From NCBI GenBank assembly GCA_041640595.1, contig JBEPZY010000004.1, positions 162,373 to 226,372 on the forward strand: a stretch of DNA of 64,000 bases, given 5' to 3'. The notes under the pieces were generated by a model, which searched no databases, was not told the origin of the DNA, and saw only the letters and a program-made list of their open reading frames with translations. The position numbers and the translations under genes are program-made. The stretch is from Gemmatales bacterium. GTDB lineage: Bacteria; Planctomycetota; Planctomycetia; Gemmatales; HRBIN36. The first letter of the stretch is position 1; each line of letters starts with the position of its first letter. This document shows, piece after piece, positions 54,022 to 63,825 of the stretch.

Positions 54022-55779
54022 TTATTGATTTTCCAAGTACGAATGGCCATACAGCCAATACTTCCACCCACTCGGGGTTGCCAAGAAGACAAGACGAAAC
54101 TCGTGTACCCGACTTTTGAGAGTCACTAGACAAACGTCCGGATTATAGTGCGTAATGGCTTCCATAGTCGCAGAGCTAAGGTTGCTAATAGCGGAGCGAA
54201 AGGTTCGCACCTCAGGGTACGAATCTACTCCGAAAATACTCAGGCGGGACAAGGTCACCTTGTCGTCAGCAATCACTGCATCGGCAAACTCCGCTAGAGT
54301 CGTGACCAAATCTACCATGCCCTGCCAGCGACCCTGCGATGTGCGTTGCCAGTGATCCTTCGGCAAACCTTGGGGTAGACGCGGGCCAGCCGGGCCCACT
54401 GGACGGTTGTACACTAAGTGGCACGGAGTGCTAAGTAGCGATACGGACGTAACTTGCGGTTGGCTGTTATTTTGGCAGTAACGCTCTATATCGCTTGATA
54501 ACGCCGTTTGGTGCTGCGCTTTTTGCTGCGCCTGGATTTTTGCGCTCGGAATTGTCGCAATTGCATTGTCTTGCTCGGCAGCTGCGGGTATTGCCGTCGG
54601 TTGGCGTTGCAGGGTAGCGGTTCCGGTTGGCAGTTGCTCGGCCGTACCAGGCTGCCCGCTGACGCCTGCCGCTTTCCGGAAGTGTTCGTCCGTTACGGAA
54701 CGGTAAAACTGGTCGGCAATCGCTTGGCTATGGCCCAGCCAGGCCGCGCAAGTATGCGAGGGGAAAATATCGGCCAGCTCGGTCGCCCGTGTAGCTCGCA
54801 TGTTCTGAAACGGTTTCGGCCAGGGTTGAACGCCTGCCAGTAGGCAGTAGCGGTTCAGTTGGGTTCGCAGGTTGGCATCCGGCTTGTAGCGAGTAATCAC
54901 TTGGTCGGGTGCGCCTTCCGGCAGTTGGTGCCATAGTTCCTCTAAGTATGGCCGTACCTCGGCAAAAATGGGAATAATCCGGACGCCTTGGTCGGGATGG
55001 TGTGCGGTTTTTGGCGAACGGATAATCATCCGATGATTGGCCCAGTCTATATCCGACCAGCGTAGTGTGGCGATTTCCGACGGAATGCGTAATCCTGCCC
55101 AGCGTGCCAGCGCCACAATCAGCCGAAACTGGGGGCAGGGAATTACGTCCAAAACTTTCCTAACTTCGTCCGCAGGAATCAATTTCCGACGGCCAGGATC
55201 GCCTTGGACGGTCAGTCCCTTGATATGCTCAAAAGGATTGCTGGCAATGTAACCGCGTCGGCAGGCTGCGCGGAAAAACTCCTTGATTAGCCGCGTCCAT
55301 TTATTCGCCGTTGCTTTGGCTCGGCCTCGGAGTAATTCAGCCCGAATACGGTCGGCATCCGCTGGGCTAATTCGGTCTAGCGGTGTATTCGGGTCAACCG
55401 AACGGAGTAACCAACGGGCAGCTTGCCGCAAAATGATATGTGTGGACGGCTTGACCTCGGCAGCCCGCAATTGTAAGTGCTCGGCAATAAACTCGCCCAG
55501 AGTCGGTGTCCGTTGACGCTGGCGCGGTTCCGCTAAGTCCCAGGCTTCCAATTTCCTGTAGATGCGTTCCGGCAGGCTGTCCAGCCATTTTGCAGTTGCT
55601 AATGGCAAAGGCGTTGCCGTAGTTTTGGCCGCAACCAGTTCGCGCACGTGTAGGGCGATATGCTCGGCAGTCTTACGGTCTCTGACGCCAGGCAACCGCA
55701 ACGCTCGCCGGATGCCGTGATGATCGAAAAAGTCAATCCGGTAGATGCCGCTTTTTGGGTCTTTCAATATACTGGCCAT
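54022..55779 (-). CDS. Tyrosine recombinase/integrase; C-terminal about 120 aa come from host DNA beyond the att junction
   Basis: GLRIPSEI (R), SPKT (K), QNMRATR, WLGHS, QFY; GGAGG RBS. Confidence 0.9.
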   Translation of the reverse strand: MASILKDPKSGIYRIDFFDHHGIRRALRLPGVRDRKTAEHIALHVRELVAAKTTATPLPLATAKWLDSLPERIYRKLEAWDLAEPRQRQRTPTLGEFIAEHLQLRAAEVKPSTHIILRQAARWLLRSVDPNTPLDRISPADADRIRAELLRGRAKATANKWTRLIKEFFRAACRRGYIASNPFEHIKGLTVQGDPGRRKLIPADEVRKVLDVIPCPQFRLIVALARWAGLRIPSEIATLRWSDIDWANHRMIIRSPKTAHHPDQGVRIIPIFAEVRPYLEELWHQLPEGAPDQVITRYKPDANLRTQLNRYCLLAGVQPWPKPFQNMRATRATELADIFPSHTCAAWLGHSQAIADQFYRSVTDEHFRKAAGVSGQPGTAEQLPTGTATLQRQPTAIPAAAEQDNAIATIPSAKIQAQQKAQHQTALSSDIERYCQNNSQPQVTSVSLLSTPCHLVYNRPVGPAGPRLPQGLPKDHWQRTSQGRWQGMVDLVTTLAEFADAVIADDKVTLSRLSIFGVDSYPEVRTFRSAISNLSSATMEAITHYNPDVCLVTLKSRVHEFRLVFLATPSGWKYWLYGHSYLENQ

Positions 55780-56037
55780 AGCAATCCTCCATCTGAGCCA
55801 GGCTTGCCCAGCGTCGGTGCTGGTAGGTCTGGCTCGCCTTTTGTATGCCGTTCAGCTGCCGTTCAATATGCGCGGTTCGGTTAGCTTCGTCCAGTTGGTC
55901 GCCGGATATAGCAACGTCTGGCCGATTGCTGGTCGCTTGCGGTGCGTTGCCGCATGGCTTCCCGTTGCCGATGGTCGGTCTGGGAATAGGTAGCGGTGCG
56001 GCTTGCTTTCTGGCCAGCTCTGCGCCAGGGAAGGCGA

Positions 56038-56748
56038 TTAGCGTTTTAGCTTCAAAATCCGCTCTGCTTCGTCGCGTGAATAGCCTCGCGCCACGAATGC
56101 ATCCACGAGTTTGGTTGCGTGTTCTGATACTGCGCGCTCAATCGGCACTGACCCGGTAGGTTGCCCGGTCTGTTTCAGTTGAATTTGTTTTTGCATAACT
56201 GATGCGCATGCGAAACGCCCAGTCACTGGCGGAAAAAATGATTGCGAATACGTGAACCGCGAATGCGCAAAACCAATCAGGATTCGGATAGGATCATAAT
56301 TCCTTGTCGGCGGCGAATAATGCCGCTCGAATTTCGTGTAATTGTGCTTGTTGTCGCCTCGCGTTACTATAACCGGCCCGTGTGCAATTGCTGCAGCAAA
56401 CTCACAAACTGCCTCGAACGGAAGCAATAAAACGCATGGCGCCCAGTCGCCGTGTTCCTGCATGGCAAAAATTGTACACGCAGCTGCCAACTGTGTTTTT
56501 TCGCGTAGCGCGGCGGCGATATCGTCGCGCAGCTGGCACCGGCAAAATGCATTGAACGGCCAGCCAGGCAAAAAGGCAAAGTTTGTTTGCGACCAACACA
56601 AAACTACGTTGCGATTGTGATAATGATACGTGTATCGAACGTACACAACGTCGCCGACTACATCGAATTGTTCTGCAACCTTTTCAAGTGGGGGCATCGC
56701 GTGCACGATGATTTGCTCGCCATTCCGCAAAGTTTTGTATGCTGTCAT
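56038..56748 (-). CDS. Hypothetical element protein
   Basis: 236-aa ORF with GAGG RBS, downstream of the ori-like repeats. Confidence 0.55.
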   Translation of the reverse strand: MTAYKTLRNGEQIIVHAMPPLEKVAEQFDVVGDVVYVRYTYHYHNRNVVLCWSQTNFAFLPGWPFNAFCRCQLRDDIAAALREKTQLAAACTIFAMQEHGDWAPCVLLLPFEAVCEFAAAIAHGPVIVTRGDNKHNYTKFERHYSPPTRNYDPIRILIGFAHSRFTYSQSFFPPVTGRFACASVMQKQIQLKQTGQPTGSVPIERAVSEHATKLVDAFVARGYSRDEAERILKLKR

Positions 56749-56770
56749 TATTGCCTCGTTGTGTTAGTGC

Positions 56771-56865
56771 CCCATCTCATCTCATCTTCTTTCATCTAGA
56801 TGAGACGCTTAGAGCTTAGATGAGATGTTAACCATCTCATCTCATCTAGATGAGATGAGATGAGA
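56771..56865. repeat. CATCT/AGATG pentamer iterons in palindromes centred on TCTAGA (ori-like)
   Basis: catctcatctcatctagatgagatgagatg perfect palindrome plus a second partial copy. Confidence 0.75.
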
Positions 56866-56889
56866 GGCGGTATGGGGGAGAGAAGTGTA

Positions 56890-57099
56890 TCAATAATCGC
56901 TGTCGCGTTTTGTTTGCATTCGACGTAGCAGCCAGCCCTCAATCGTTTGCGCGTGAAAAACAACCCGTCGCCCTAGTCGCAGGTAGGGAATCTCTCCACG
57001 TCTCACAAGATTTCGCAAGTGCCCAACGCTGATTTTTAGACGCTGCGCTGTTTCGCGCATGTTCCATACAAGTGCAGCAATCTGCTCAGTGTGTTGCAT
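56890..57099 (-). CDS. HTH_17 excisionase-like DNA-binding protein
   Basis: ETAQRLKISVGHLRNLVRRGEIPYLRLGRRVVF..IEGWL; AAGGAG RBS. Confidence 0.85.
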   Translation of the reverse strand: MQHTEQIAALVWNMRETAQRLKISVGHLRNLVRRGEIPYLRLGRRVVFHAQTIEGWLLRRMQTKRDSDY

Positions 57100-57396
57100 C
57101 GTGTTGCTCCTTTTGCTTGTGTGTTCACTTAAACGTTGCGAGTTCAGATAATTTCCATGCTCAACCGACGTAACCTACGCCAGCAAAATCACTTGTGACA
57201 AATCGCGGCGTTCAGATGCGTTCACATACTGTGAAGAAGTTGTGAAGAAGCGTTCAGATGCGCGCATAGAGTTGGCCATACCTAGCTTGATAGTCGCATG
57301 GACAATCAACCGAAAACAAGGCCAACTCTAAGTTCCCGCTTAGGCAAAACCGGCCTAGCTAGTGCCCTACCTTGATTAGCAACGCCCAGTCAGCTG

Positions 57397-58308
57397 CTAA
57401 CTTTCGTCCCGTCTCGGTAGTTCGCAACTTTGCGCGCGTGCACGGTAACGCTCGGCTTGTTGCTGCTTAGTTGCTTCGCGCATGCCTTTGATGGCCGATG
57501 ACTGGGATACAGCGCTCTTAGCGCAAACCAGAAGCCCCGCGAGTGCCTCTATAGCGCCCGTCTGGTTCAACTGATGGGGGCGGATAAACTCAATCTCTAT
57601 AAGTTGCCTGATTGTCAGGTTGACGCATCTTGCGTGCGGGTTGATTTGTTTGGTTTCCTCATGCCGTAACAAAATATCAATCGCGCGCTGGAAGGTTTCT
57701 GTGGCATCCGGCTCGCGTTGCCAAATGGCCTCTATAAACTCGGAATCCTCAACCGCCTTCAGGTATTTCAGTAGCTTTTTGCCAGCCTCTTGCCTGTTGT
57801 CTGCATCTGAATCCCCAGCGCCGGGGTCTGCAACGGGGCGAGGTTCGCAGGACAAAATAGCGCTCCAGATTTCGGCACGGATTACCTTGTGCTTTCTAGT
57901 GTCGAGTTCAAGTTCAACGAGATATTTTGACGACACTTGCCAGGGCAGTATGCCTAATTCGCGCTCGCAAAGATATTGCTCACTTGCGAGTGCCTCTTTT
58001 ACCTTGTCCGCTAGTTGCTTGAACGTATAACCTCGGCTCTTGTGCCACTTTCTTAGCCGACTGCCAGAGAAGGCTGGTAAGTTCTTGTATCTATCGCAGT
58101 ACACTATCAGCGCGCTGGCCAGGTTTTGCAATGCTTCCCAGCTAAACCTATGCGAATCATTTGTGGGCTGTTTCCCGCGAAAAAGATTTTCTATCGCCTC
58201 AAGCGCGTTTTGCTTTGTCGCCCGGTCGCATAGGTTCGCATCGCTATACATCGCCACGCACAGGTACGTCCATTCGTATGAGAAGCGTCGTTTTTCCAGC
58301 CATCGCAA
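57397..58308 (-). CDS. Hypothetical protein with possible degenerate XRE-like HTH
   Basis: FSGSRLRKWHKSRGYTFKQLADKV..SKYLVELE. Confidence 0.55.
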   Translation of the reverse strand: MRWLEKRRFSYEWTYLCVAMYSDANLCDRATKQNALEAIENLFRGKQPTNDSHRFSWEALQNLASALIVYCDRYKNLPAFSGSRLRKWHKSRGYTFKQLADKVKEALASEQYLCERELGILPWQVSSKYLVELELDTRKHKVIRAEIWSAILSCEPRPVADPGAGDSDADNRQEAGKKLLKYLKAVEDSEFIEAIWQREPDATETFQRAIDILLRHEETKQINPHARCVNLTIRQLIEIEFIRPHQLNQTGAIEALAGLLVCAKSAVSQSSAIKGMREATKQQQAERYRARAQSCELPRRDES

Positions 58309-59132
58309 GTTTTCTCGAATCTGACGTATCAGCGTACACGCAGCAGCGTATGTTTCCTTCGCCCGTTGCAGTATCCGCTCTCGGTCTGATGGTGGCGGAA
58401 GGCCAGTGCCATTTAGCCAGCTTTTTAGATCGGCCTCGGTGCAACCGATGCGGTTTGCGAAACTCTCTGTTTGAGGTACGTCGCCTCGAATAATTCCCGC
58501 AACTTTTTGACGAAATCGGCGTCCGATAACGCAGAGATTCCGAATTTCTGATGTTCAGGTTGCCAGGGGCTATCTTGGTCGCTATATTTAGCCATGCTTA
58601 GACTCCAGGCACGGCCACGATGCGAAATCTAGGTATTGGCGTCGTGGCCGCTGCTTTTTAGTTATGCGATAGGCACTAGGGGTCAAGTCTGCGAAACTTG
58701 AGTCGCTACCTAGAGCGCAGGTTTTCCGCTTCCAGTTGGCCAGGAAGCCTACCTCAGCCATCGGCGTTGTCCGCAATGGCTTCCTGCCGCTTGGCGGGGC
58801 ATCGGCCATTCGGTGCGCTGGCAGCCCGTAACCGGATAGGGGGGAAAAATTTTGCCGCTAGGCAGCCGTGTAACGTTCGCCCAGCCGCGCGTGCATTTTT
58901 GCGAAATTGGCCAATCAACACGGTGCACGTCGGCAACCGGTCTTGCTGCGGAGCGTGCGGCTTGCGGTTCGGCCAGGTCTCGGTGCATCGGCAACGTTGC
59001 ACGCTGGGCAACCGACCTCGGTGCGGATGCGGTGCGGTTCGCATCGGTTGAACGTCGGCAACCGGTCTTGCTGGGGAGCGTTCGCGTGCGGCTTGCGGTT
59101 CGCATCGGCCAGGTCTCGGTGCGGCTGCGGTG

Positions 59133-59400
59133 CTACGGCTTGTTTTTCCCGAAACTTTCCAGCAACCGTATCAGTAACTCGCGTTCGGTCTCGGATAGGG
59201 ATGCGATAATCCGCAGTGCCTCGGCCAATCGGTTGCCAGGTTCGGACGTTTGCGATTCGCCAGGATTGCCGCTTGCGGTATCCGGACGGTCTGGCTTGGC
59301 TTTTTCCCCGAAACTGCGGTTAAGTGCTGCGCTTTTTGCTGCGCCGGAATCGCCAACCTCGCATTTTCCTAGGAAATTTGCAGGATGTTCGAATCCTGCC
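59133..59400 (-). other. Detached C-terminal tail of the integrase, restored on the excised circle
   Basis: PAGFEHPANFLGKCEVGDSGAAKSAAL...LLESFGKNKP is in frame with integrase ...PVGP when the ends are joined at GCCGG. Confidence 0.6.
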
Positions 59401-59854
59401 GGCCTACCCAGTCGCACACACCAAGAGGATGCCGGCGATTTACATAGATTCTTTCGACCCGGTCCCATTCGCAACGGTTGCCAAGGCGACGCAGTTTTAG
59501 CACCACCTGGATTTCCCGGCCTTTATCCTCACTTACGTCTCTCCAGAAGCGAAGCTCGATCGCTTCCCGCCAGCTCTTATTGACCTGAATCGCTACCGAC
59601 ATCAGGGTAACAATCTTTTCTTCGGCCAAAGCGTCTTTCAACTCTTCAAGCTGTTCGACGTTCTTCTCTTTACGTCCGCCTCCCACTACTAATTCATGCA
59701 ACTGGCGACAATAGTCGAGGGCGGCTACTAAGTCCCAGTGAATTCCGGTCCGCTGACCGTCTCTGGGATCGTTATCCGCCTTTGGAGCTACTGAGCTTAC
59801 CAGGAGAGCTATTATCACTATTGCTAATGCTTTTACCGTCCGCATAGAGCACAC
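59369..59854 (-). pseudogene. Exported immunity-like gene interrupted by the integrative element
   Basis: Signal peptide MRTVKALAIVIIALLVSSVA; last residues QDSNILQIS derive from the element end. Confidence 0.65.
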
Positions 59855-59877
59855 CTCCCATCTAAAGGAAATACTGG

Positions 59878-62091
59878 TTATTGTCCCAGCCTTGTAAGTA
59901 AATTGCTCTTTAAAATCTGTTGCTGCTGATCTGGGAATATCCGCCGCGGGTAATCCACTCGCCTTGGGTCAAAATCTTTGTCAAAAATGTCTTCTCGACC
60001 GGTTTGCATCGCATTGACGGCGTTTATCCCGACCTTTGGATCGACATGGTCGTCTACGCCAACGGGACTGTTCAATAGGACGTGGACAAGTTCATGGGCC
60101 AGGACTGCTGTATACTTGGGATATTCAATCAGTCTTCCTTCTTCGAAAGCACGACGTTGAGGATCTGTGCTTATGAGTCCAGCCAAGATTATCGAGTTTG
60201 CCAACCTTGGGTTCGACATGCCTTCTTGGGTAAAGGCCTGACCTACCACCGGAAAGCCAAAGACACCTAAGAGAGTAGACCTGAACACATTGACTGTATA
60301 TACATGGACCACTTTGGCGTCTTGCTCGCGGTAGCTTATCAATAGATTATGGAGCTCTCCCGATCCATTTGGTACCATTTTGTTCTGGCTGTCAAATTCA
60401 AAACTCAAATCATCCAACCCGTCCGCGTCATTCAGATTCACCTGCGGGGGCGGTGGCTTGACGTCAGTGCGCTCCCCGATAACGTCTAGTCTAATTCCCA
60501 AAGGAGCCAGAATATATCGTGCTTCTCGTAAATTGGCTTCTGTCCACTGATAGTATATGCCATCAATCGGAGCGGGATGCTGCCAGTTTATGAAGACCGA
60601 CTTCACGCGCAGTGAATATTGGGCGGGAACATCGGCGTCAACCCACCATCTACCCTTGTATATCGCCCGAACCTTCCCCTCCAGCTCCCCGAGAAAAGTT
60701 GGATCTCCTTTCTGGTTGTCTGCGACAGGAATATTCAACAAGTCGTCATCTGGGTGGGCCACTAACAATAGCTCGTCGGACCAGAACTCCCCTTCTGCGT
60801 CTGGTTTTTCTCGTAGAACGATCTCGTTCCCATTATCCAGCAAACGGCCCTCCTTATCGAAAGTCACAATGAGCGCTGTGATCTGGTCGTTTCCTGGACC
60901 CGGTGTTATATTGGCGGCCGGGTCGTTGATGCGGAGGATAAATTTTTTCGGGTCGCGGCGAACATAGTCATTTCTTAGTACGACCTTATCATTAACACGC
61001 TCAAATGCACTCGGCCCTTCCAAACCAGAAAGCTTCAAAGTGTTCGTGCGCGAGTAAAAACTCCACCCGTTCTCGCTCCTCTCATAAGCCGCAAAATACA
61101 TATTTATCGCGCCGCCACCTCCACCGCCACCACCAGCACCGACCTGCAACAGCATGCGTACATGCCAGCTCGCACTATAAGGATATGCCTCGTCCTCATT
61201 GTAAGTGTCGTTGTACGGGGGATAAGGCGGCCTAATCGGAATCCGATCGGTAACAAAATATTCAAAGCTGCCGTCTATACCCTCATAGTCCGCTGGCGGA
61301 CGGAACACCCACGCATTCCACGAGCTGTCAAACTCCCAATGTTCCGAAAGCTGGCCCGTCTTTACTAACTCAAGAGCATCTCCATCCGGATCCCAATCGT
61401 TTTCTAACAGCGTGGCCAGAGTGATAGCCGGCCCCTGGTAATCAGCCGGAATACTATCCCCCAGAAATACTGCGAAAGTTTGCCCCGGCTCTACTATAAA
61501 CCACTCCCCCTGCGCCATCGGCGGATTATTATATACACGAATCGTAACCGTGGCCACATTGCTCCTGTTCACCCCGTCGGTCCATTCGTATGTGAACGTA
61601 TCCGGGCCAACATAACCTGGATTAGGTGCATACACGAAGACCCCGTGCTCTGGGTCCACAAAATCCACTGTTCCATGAGCTGGCCCACTGACCAGTGCAG
61701 CGGTAAGCGAATCCCCATCGGCGTCGTAACCCTCTAACATGCTAGACACGGTTCGGTCGTGCAATACACTGAGGTGAGCATCAAAAGCGACCGGCGATTC
61801 GCCGTTGTGGATTACCAGTGTTACCGTGAGCACCGCGCTTTCGCTTATTCCGTCAGACCAGACATAACTAAAACTGTCAGTCCCGAGGTAGTTCTCTTCT
61901 GCGGTATAAGTAAACGTGCCATCCTGGTGCAGCTCAAGTGTTCCGTGAACCGGCCCCGTATCGAGAATCGCGGCGATGCTGTCACCGTCGGGGGCGTTAC
62001 CGTAGAGCTGGCCACTAAGCACCTGTCCAGCTTGCACATAGAACGTCGCCCCATAACCATAAGGTGCGTTGTTATACACATCTATCGTCAC
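59878..62091 (-). CDS. Ig-like repeats + C-terminal zinc metallopeptidase putative toxin (5'-truncated cassette)
   Basis: Big_9-like repeats, poly-Gly linker, VLAHELVHVLL..DDH..NAM; frame stays open upstream through another partial repeat to about 62275 without a start codon. Confidence 0.8.
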   Translation of the reverse strand: MTIDVYNNAPYGYGATFYVQAGQVLSGQLYGNAPDGDSIAAILDTGPVHGTLELHQDGTFTYTAEENYLGTDSFSYVWSDGISESAVLTVTLVIHNGESPVAFDAHLSVLHDRTVSSMLEGYDADGDSLTAALVSGPAHGTVDFVDPEHGVFVYAPNPGYVGPDTFTYEWTDGVNRSNVATVTIRVYNNPPMAQGEWFIVEPGQTFAVFLGDSIPADYQGPAITLATLLENDWDPDGDALELVKTGQLSEHWEFDSSWNAWVFRPPADYEGIDGSFEYFVTDRIPIRPPYPPYNDTYNEDEAYPYSASWHVRMLLQVGAGGGGGGGGAINMYFAAYERSENGWSFYSRTNTLKLSGLEGPSAFERVNDKVVLRNDYVRRDPKKFILRINDPAANITPGPGNDQITALIVTFDKEGRLLDNGNEIVLREKPDAEGEFWSDELLLVAHPDDDLLNIPVADNQKGDPTFLGELEGKVRAIYKGRWWVDADVPAQYSLRVKSVFINWQHPAPIDGIYYQWTEANLREARYILAPLGIRLDVIGERTDVKPPPPQVNLNDADGLDDLSFEFDSQNKMVPNGSGELHNLLISYREQDAKVVHVYTVNVFRSTLLGVFGFPVVGQAFTQEGMSNPRLANSIILAGLISTDPQRRAFEEGRLIEYPKYTAVLAHELVHVLLNSPVGVDDHVDPKVGINAVNAMQTGREDIFDKDFDPRRVDYPRRIFPDQQQQILKSNLLTRLGQ

Positions 62092-62506
62092 CGTGCCGAT
62101 ATTACTGCCCTCTAAACCATCCGACCAGGTATAGCTGAAACTATCGGGGCCAACATAGTGCGTGTTCGGGGTATAGGTGAAGGTGCCGTCGGGATGGAAT
62201 GTTAGTGTGCCGTTAGTTAGACCGGAGGCAAATTGCGCCGGGAAACGTTGGGTCTTGGCAGTAATGGGACAATCATGTGATCATAGTCAGGATAGGTGGG
62301 CTGGGACTGGCGGGCAATGCTGTACTCATGAGAGTGCGTGTTAGAACTTGCTAATGAACCGGGGAGCACTGCCATGCATCAACGGCATTTGTTTTGCCTA
62401 TTGTTGTTATAGCTAGAATTGCTATCATTTTATCGTTATACAAATCAGCCGTGTATGTGGCGGCAACTCGTATACCCTGGCAGTCCGATGGGAATCATTG
62501 ACCTGG

Positions 62507-63814
62507 CTAAGATTTACGTGGTGCCGGTGCTGGCTTGGTCGGTTCAGGCGTCGGAGAAGTAGCTGGCGACTCTGGAATCTCTACGGGTAATCGCAACTTG
62601 TCCAGTGGGATAAAAGCATCTTCAGGGACCGCTGCGATATCCCAGACATAACAATTTCCAGCGATGCGGGCAATGACAAATCGGCCGCTGTCAGCAAACT
62701 GGAGGTTATAGAGCGACCAATCTCCCAGCGAAGCCAAACGTGCGGCTACTTTGCGTTTAAGATCGCACATAACAACTTCCCCTTTATATGCAAACACGGC
62801 TCTGTCGGTTTCTCCATCGAAGGCATAGCGATTCAACAATCCATATCCCCACCCGGGTCTGGTCAGAACTTCTGCTATTGGTGGACCCGGTTCGAGCTTC
62901 TCCAGGTCAAGCTTTCTAAAGCATAGAACCAAGCCTTTCATATCTTCGTCCCAATTATTAATTGATGCGAATTGGTAATGGCTTCTGCTCTGGTCAAAAA
63001 CTATTGCATATTTAGAATCCCTGCAAAGGCCAACGTACTGCGTGGATAACAAGTCTTTGGACCATCGCTGCATTTCGCCCGTTTTCTTGTTGTAAGTCAC
63101 AAGAAAAGTGTGCCTGAATGATCCGGAGGTCTGATGTAGTGCTAATACCTCTTGGCCTCGCACAGCCAGACTGCAGACACTATGATAATCTGGAATAAAA
63201 TCATCGGTAACCTTAGTAGATTTGAGAACTGTTTTCCAATCAATTGTGTTGTCCCATAACACTTTGCCGGACTCCAGGTCCAATGCAAAAACCCGTCCGC
63301 CCCTACTGCCACAGTAAGCTATTTTTTCCCCCGCCGGCACCTGCATTGTAATAACATCACCGGGCAAAAAACACATCGCTTCCCGGAGATTAGGGGCACC
63401 ATACTGGGCGATCACATTGCCATCGAGATCAACTACAGCAGCGCAGCCGTTATCGTTTGCCAGAAATACTAACTTCGATTCTTTATCAACATGGATGAGT
63501 ATGTTGTTGCCCAGGGGAGCCAATGGTAAACCTGCCTTGAAACTCAGGCGAAAGGTTTCTTCTTTTGATGGGAGCCGCACAACACGAAGTGAAGCGTGAC
63601 CAGGCATGAATAAAGGGGGTGTGGTTAGAACGGCGATCTCTGCCCCGTTGGGCAGTACACCTATTCCTTGCACACGCTCGGATGAGCCGTTTATGGCCTG
63701 GCCATGGTAGATGCGCAGGCCCGGGTAATTGACGCCGCCTGCGTCGCTGGCTTTGCTGCATCCGCTCAGAACGACACCGAGGCTCAGGAGTATCCCGACG
63801 ACCAGCCTGGGCAT
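62507..63814 (-). CDS. Beta-propeller lipoprotein (PQQ/WD40-like), immunity candidate
   Basis: Lipobox LSGC; GSRGGRVFALDLESGKVLW, FADSGRFV, YVWD; AGGAG RBS. Confidence 0.8.
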   Translation of the reverse strand: MPRLVVGILLSLGVVLSGCSKASDAGGVNYPGLRIYHGQAINGSSERVQGIGVLPNGAEIAVLTTPPLFMPGHASLRVVRLPSKEETFRLSFKAGLPLAPLGNNILIHVDKESKLVFLANDNGCAAVVDLDGNVIAQYGAPNLREAMCFLPGDVITMQVPAGEKIAYCGSRGGRVFALDLESGKVLWDNTIDWKTVLKSTKVTDDFIPDYHSVCSLAVRGQEVLALHQTSGSFRHTFLVTYNKKTGEMQRWSKDLLSTQYVGLCRDSKYAIVFDQSRSHYQFASINNWDEDMKGLVLCFRKLDLEKLEPGPPIAEVLTRPGWGYGLLNRYAFDGETDRAVFAYKGEVVMCDLKRKVAARLASLGDWSLYNLQFADSGRFVIARIAGNCYVWDIAAVPEDAFIPLDKLRLPVEIPESPATSPTPEPTKPAPAPRKS

Positions 63815-63825
63815 GATACATCTCC

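Larger units (their letters stand above)
54389..59402. mobile_element. About 5.0-kb integrative element (int, HTH/xis, ori-like repeats)
   Basis: Junctions ccaGCCGGgcccac (54389) and gttcgaatcctGCCGGcctac (59398); joining gives GTTCGAATCCTGCCGGGCCCAC, a tRNA 3'-end mimic. Confidence 0.8.

Noticed and set aside
58920..59135. GCGGTTCG/CGGCAACCG repeats and ORFs near the element end
   Set aside because: The repeats are real but I cannot separate arm-type integrase sites from low-complexity DNA; the overlapping ORFs have no recognisable motifs.
59380..59410. tRNA gene
   Set aside because: Only the GTTCGAATCCTGCC fragment is present, with no D or anticodon arms; it is an att half-site.
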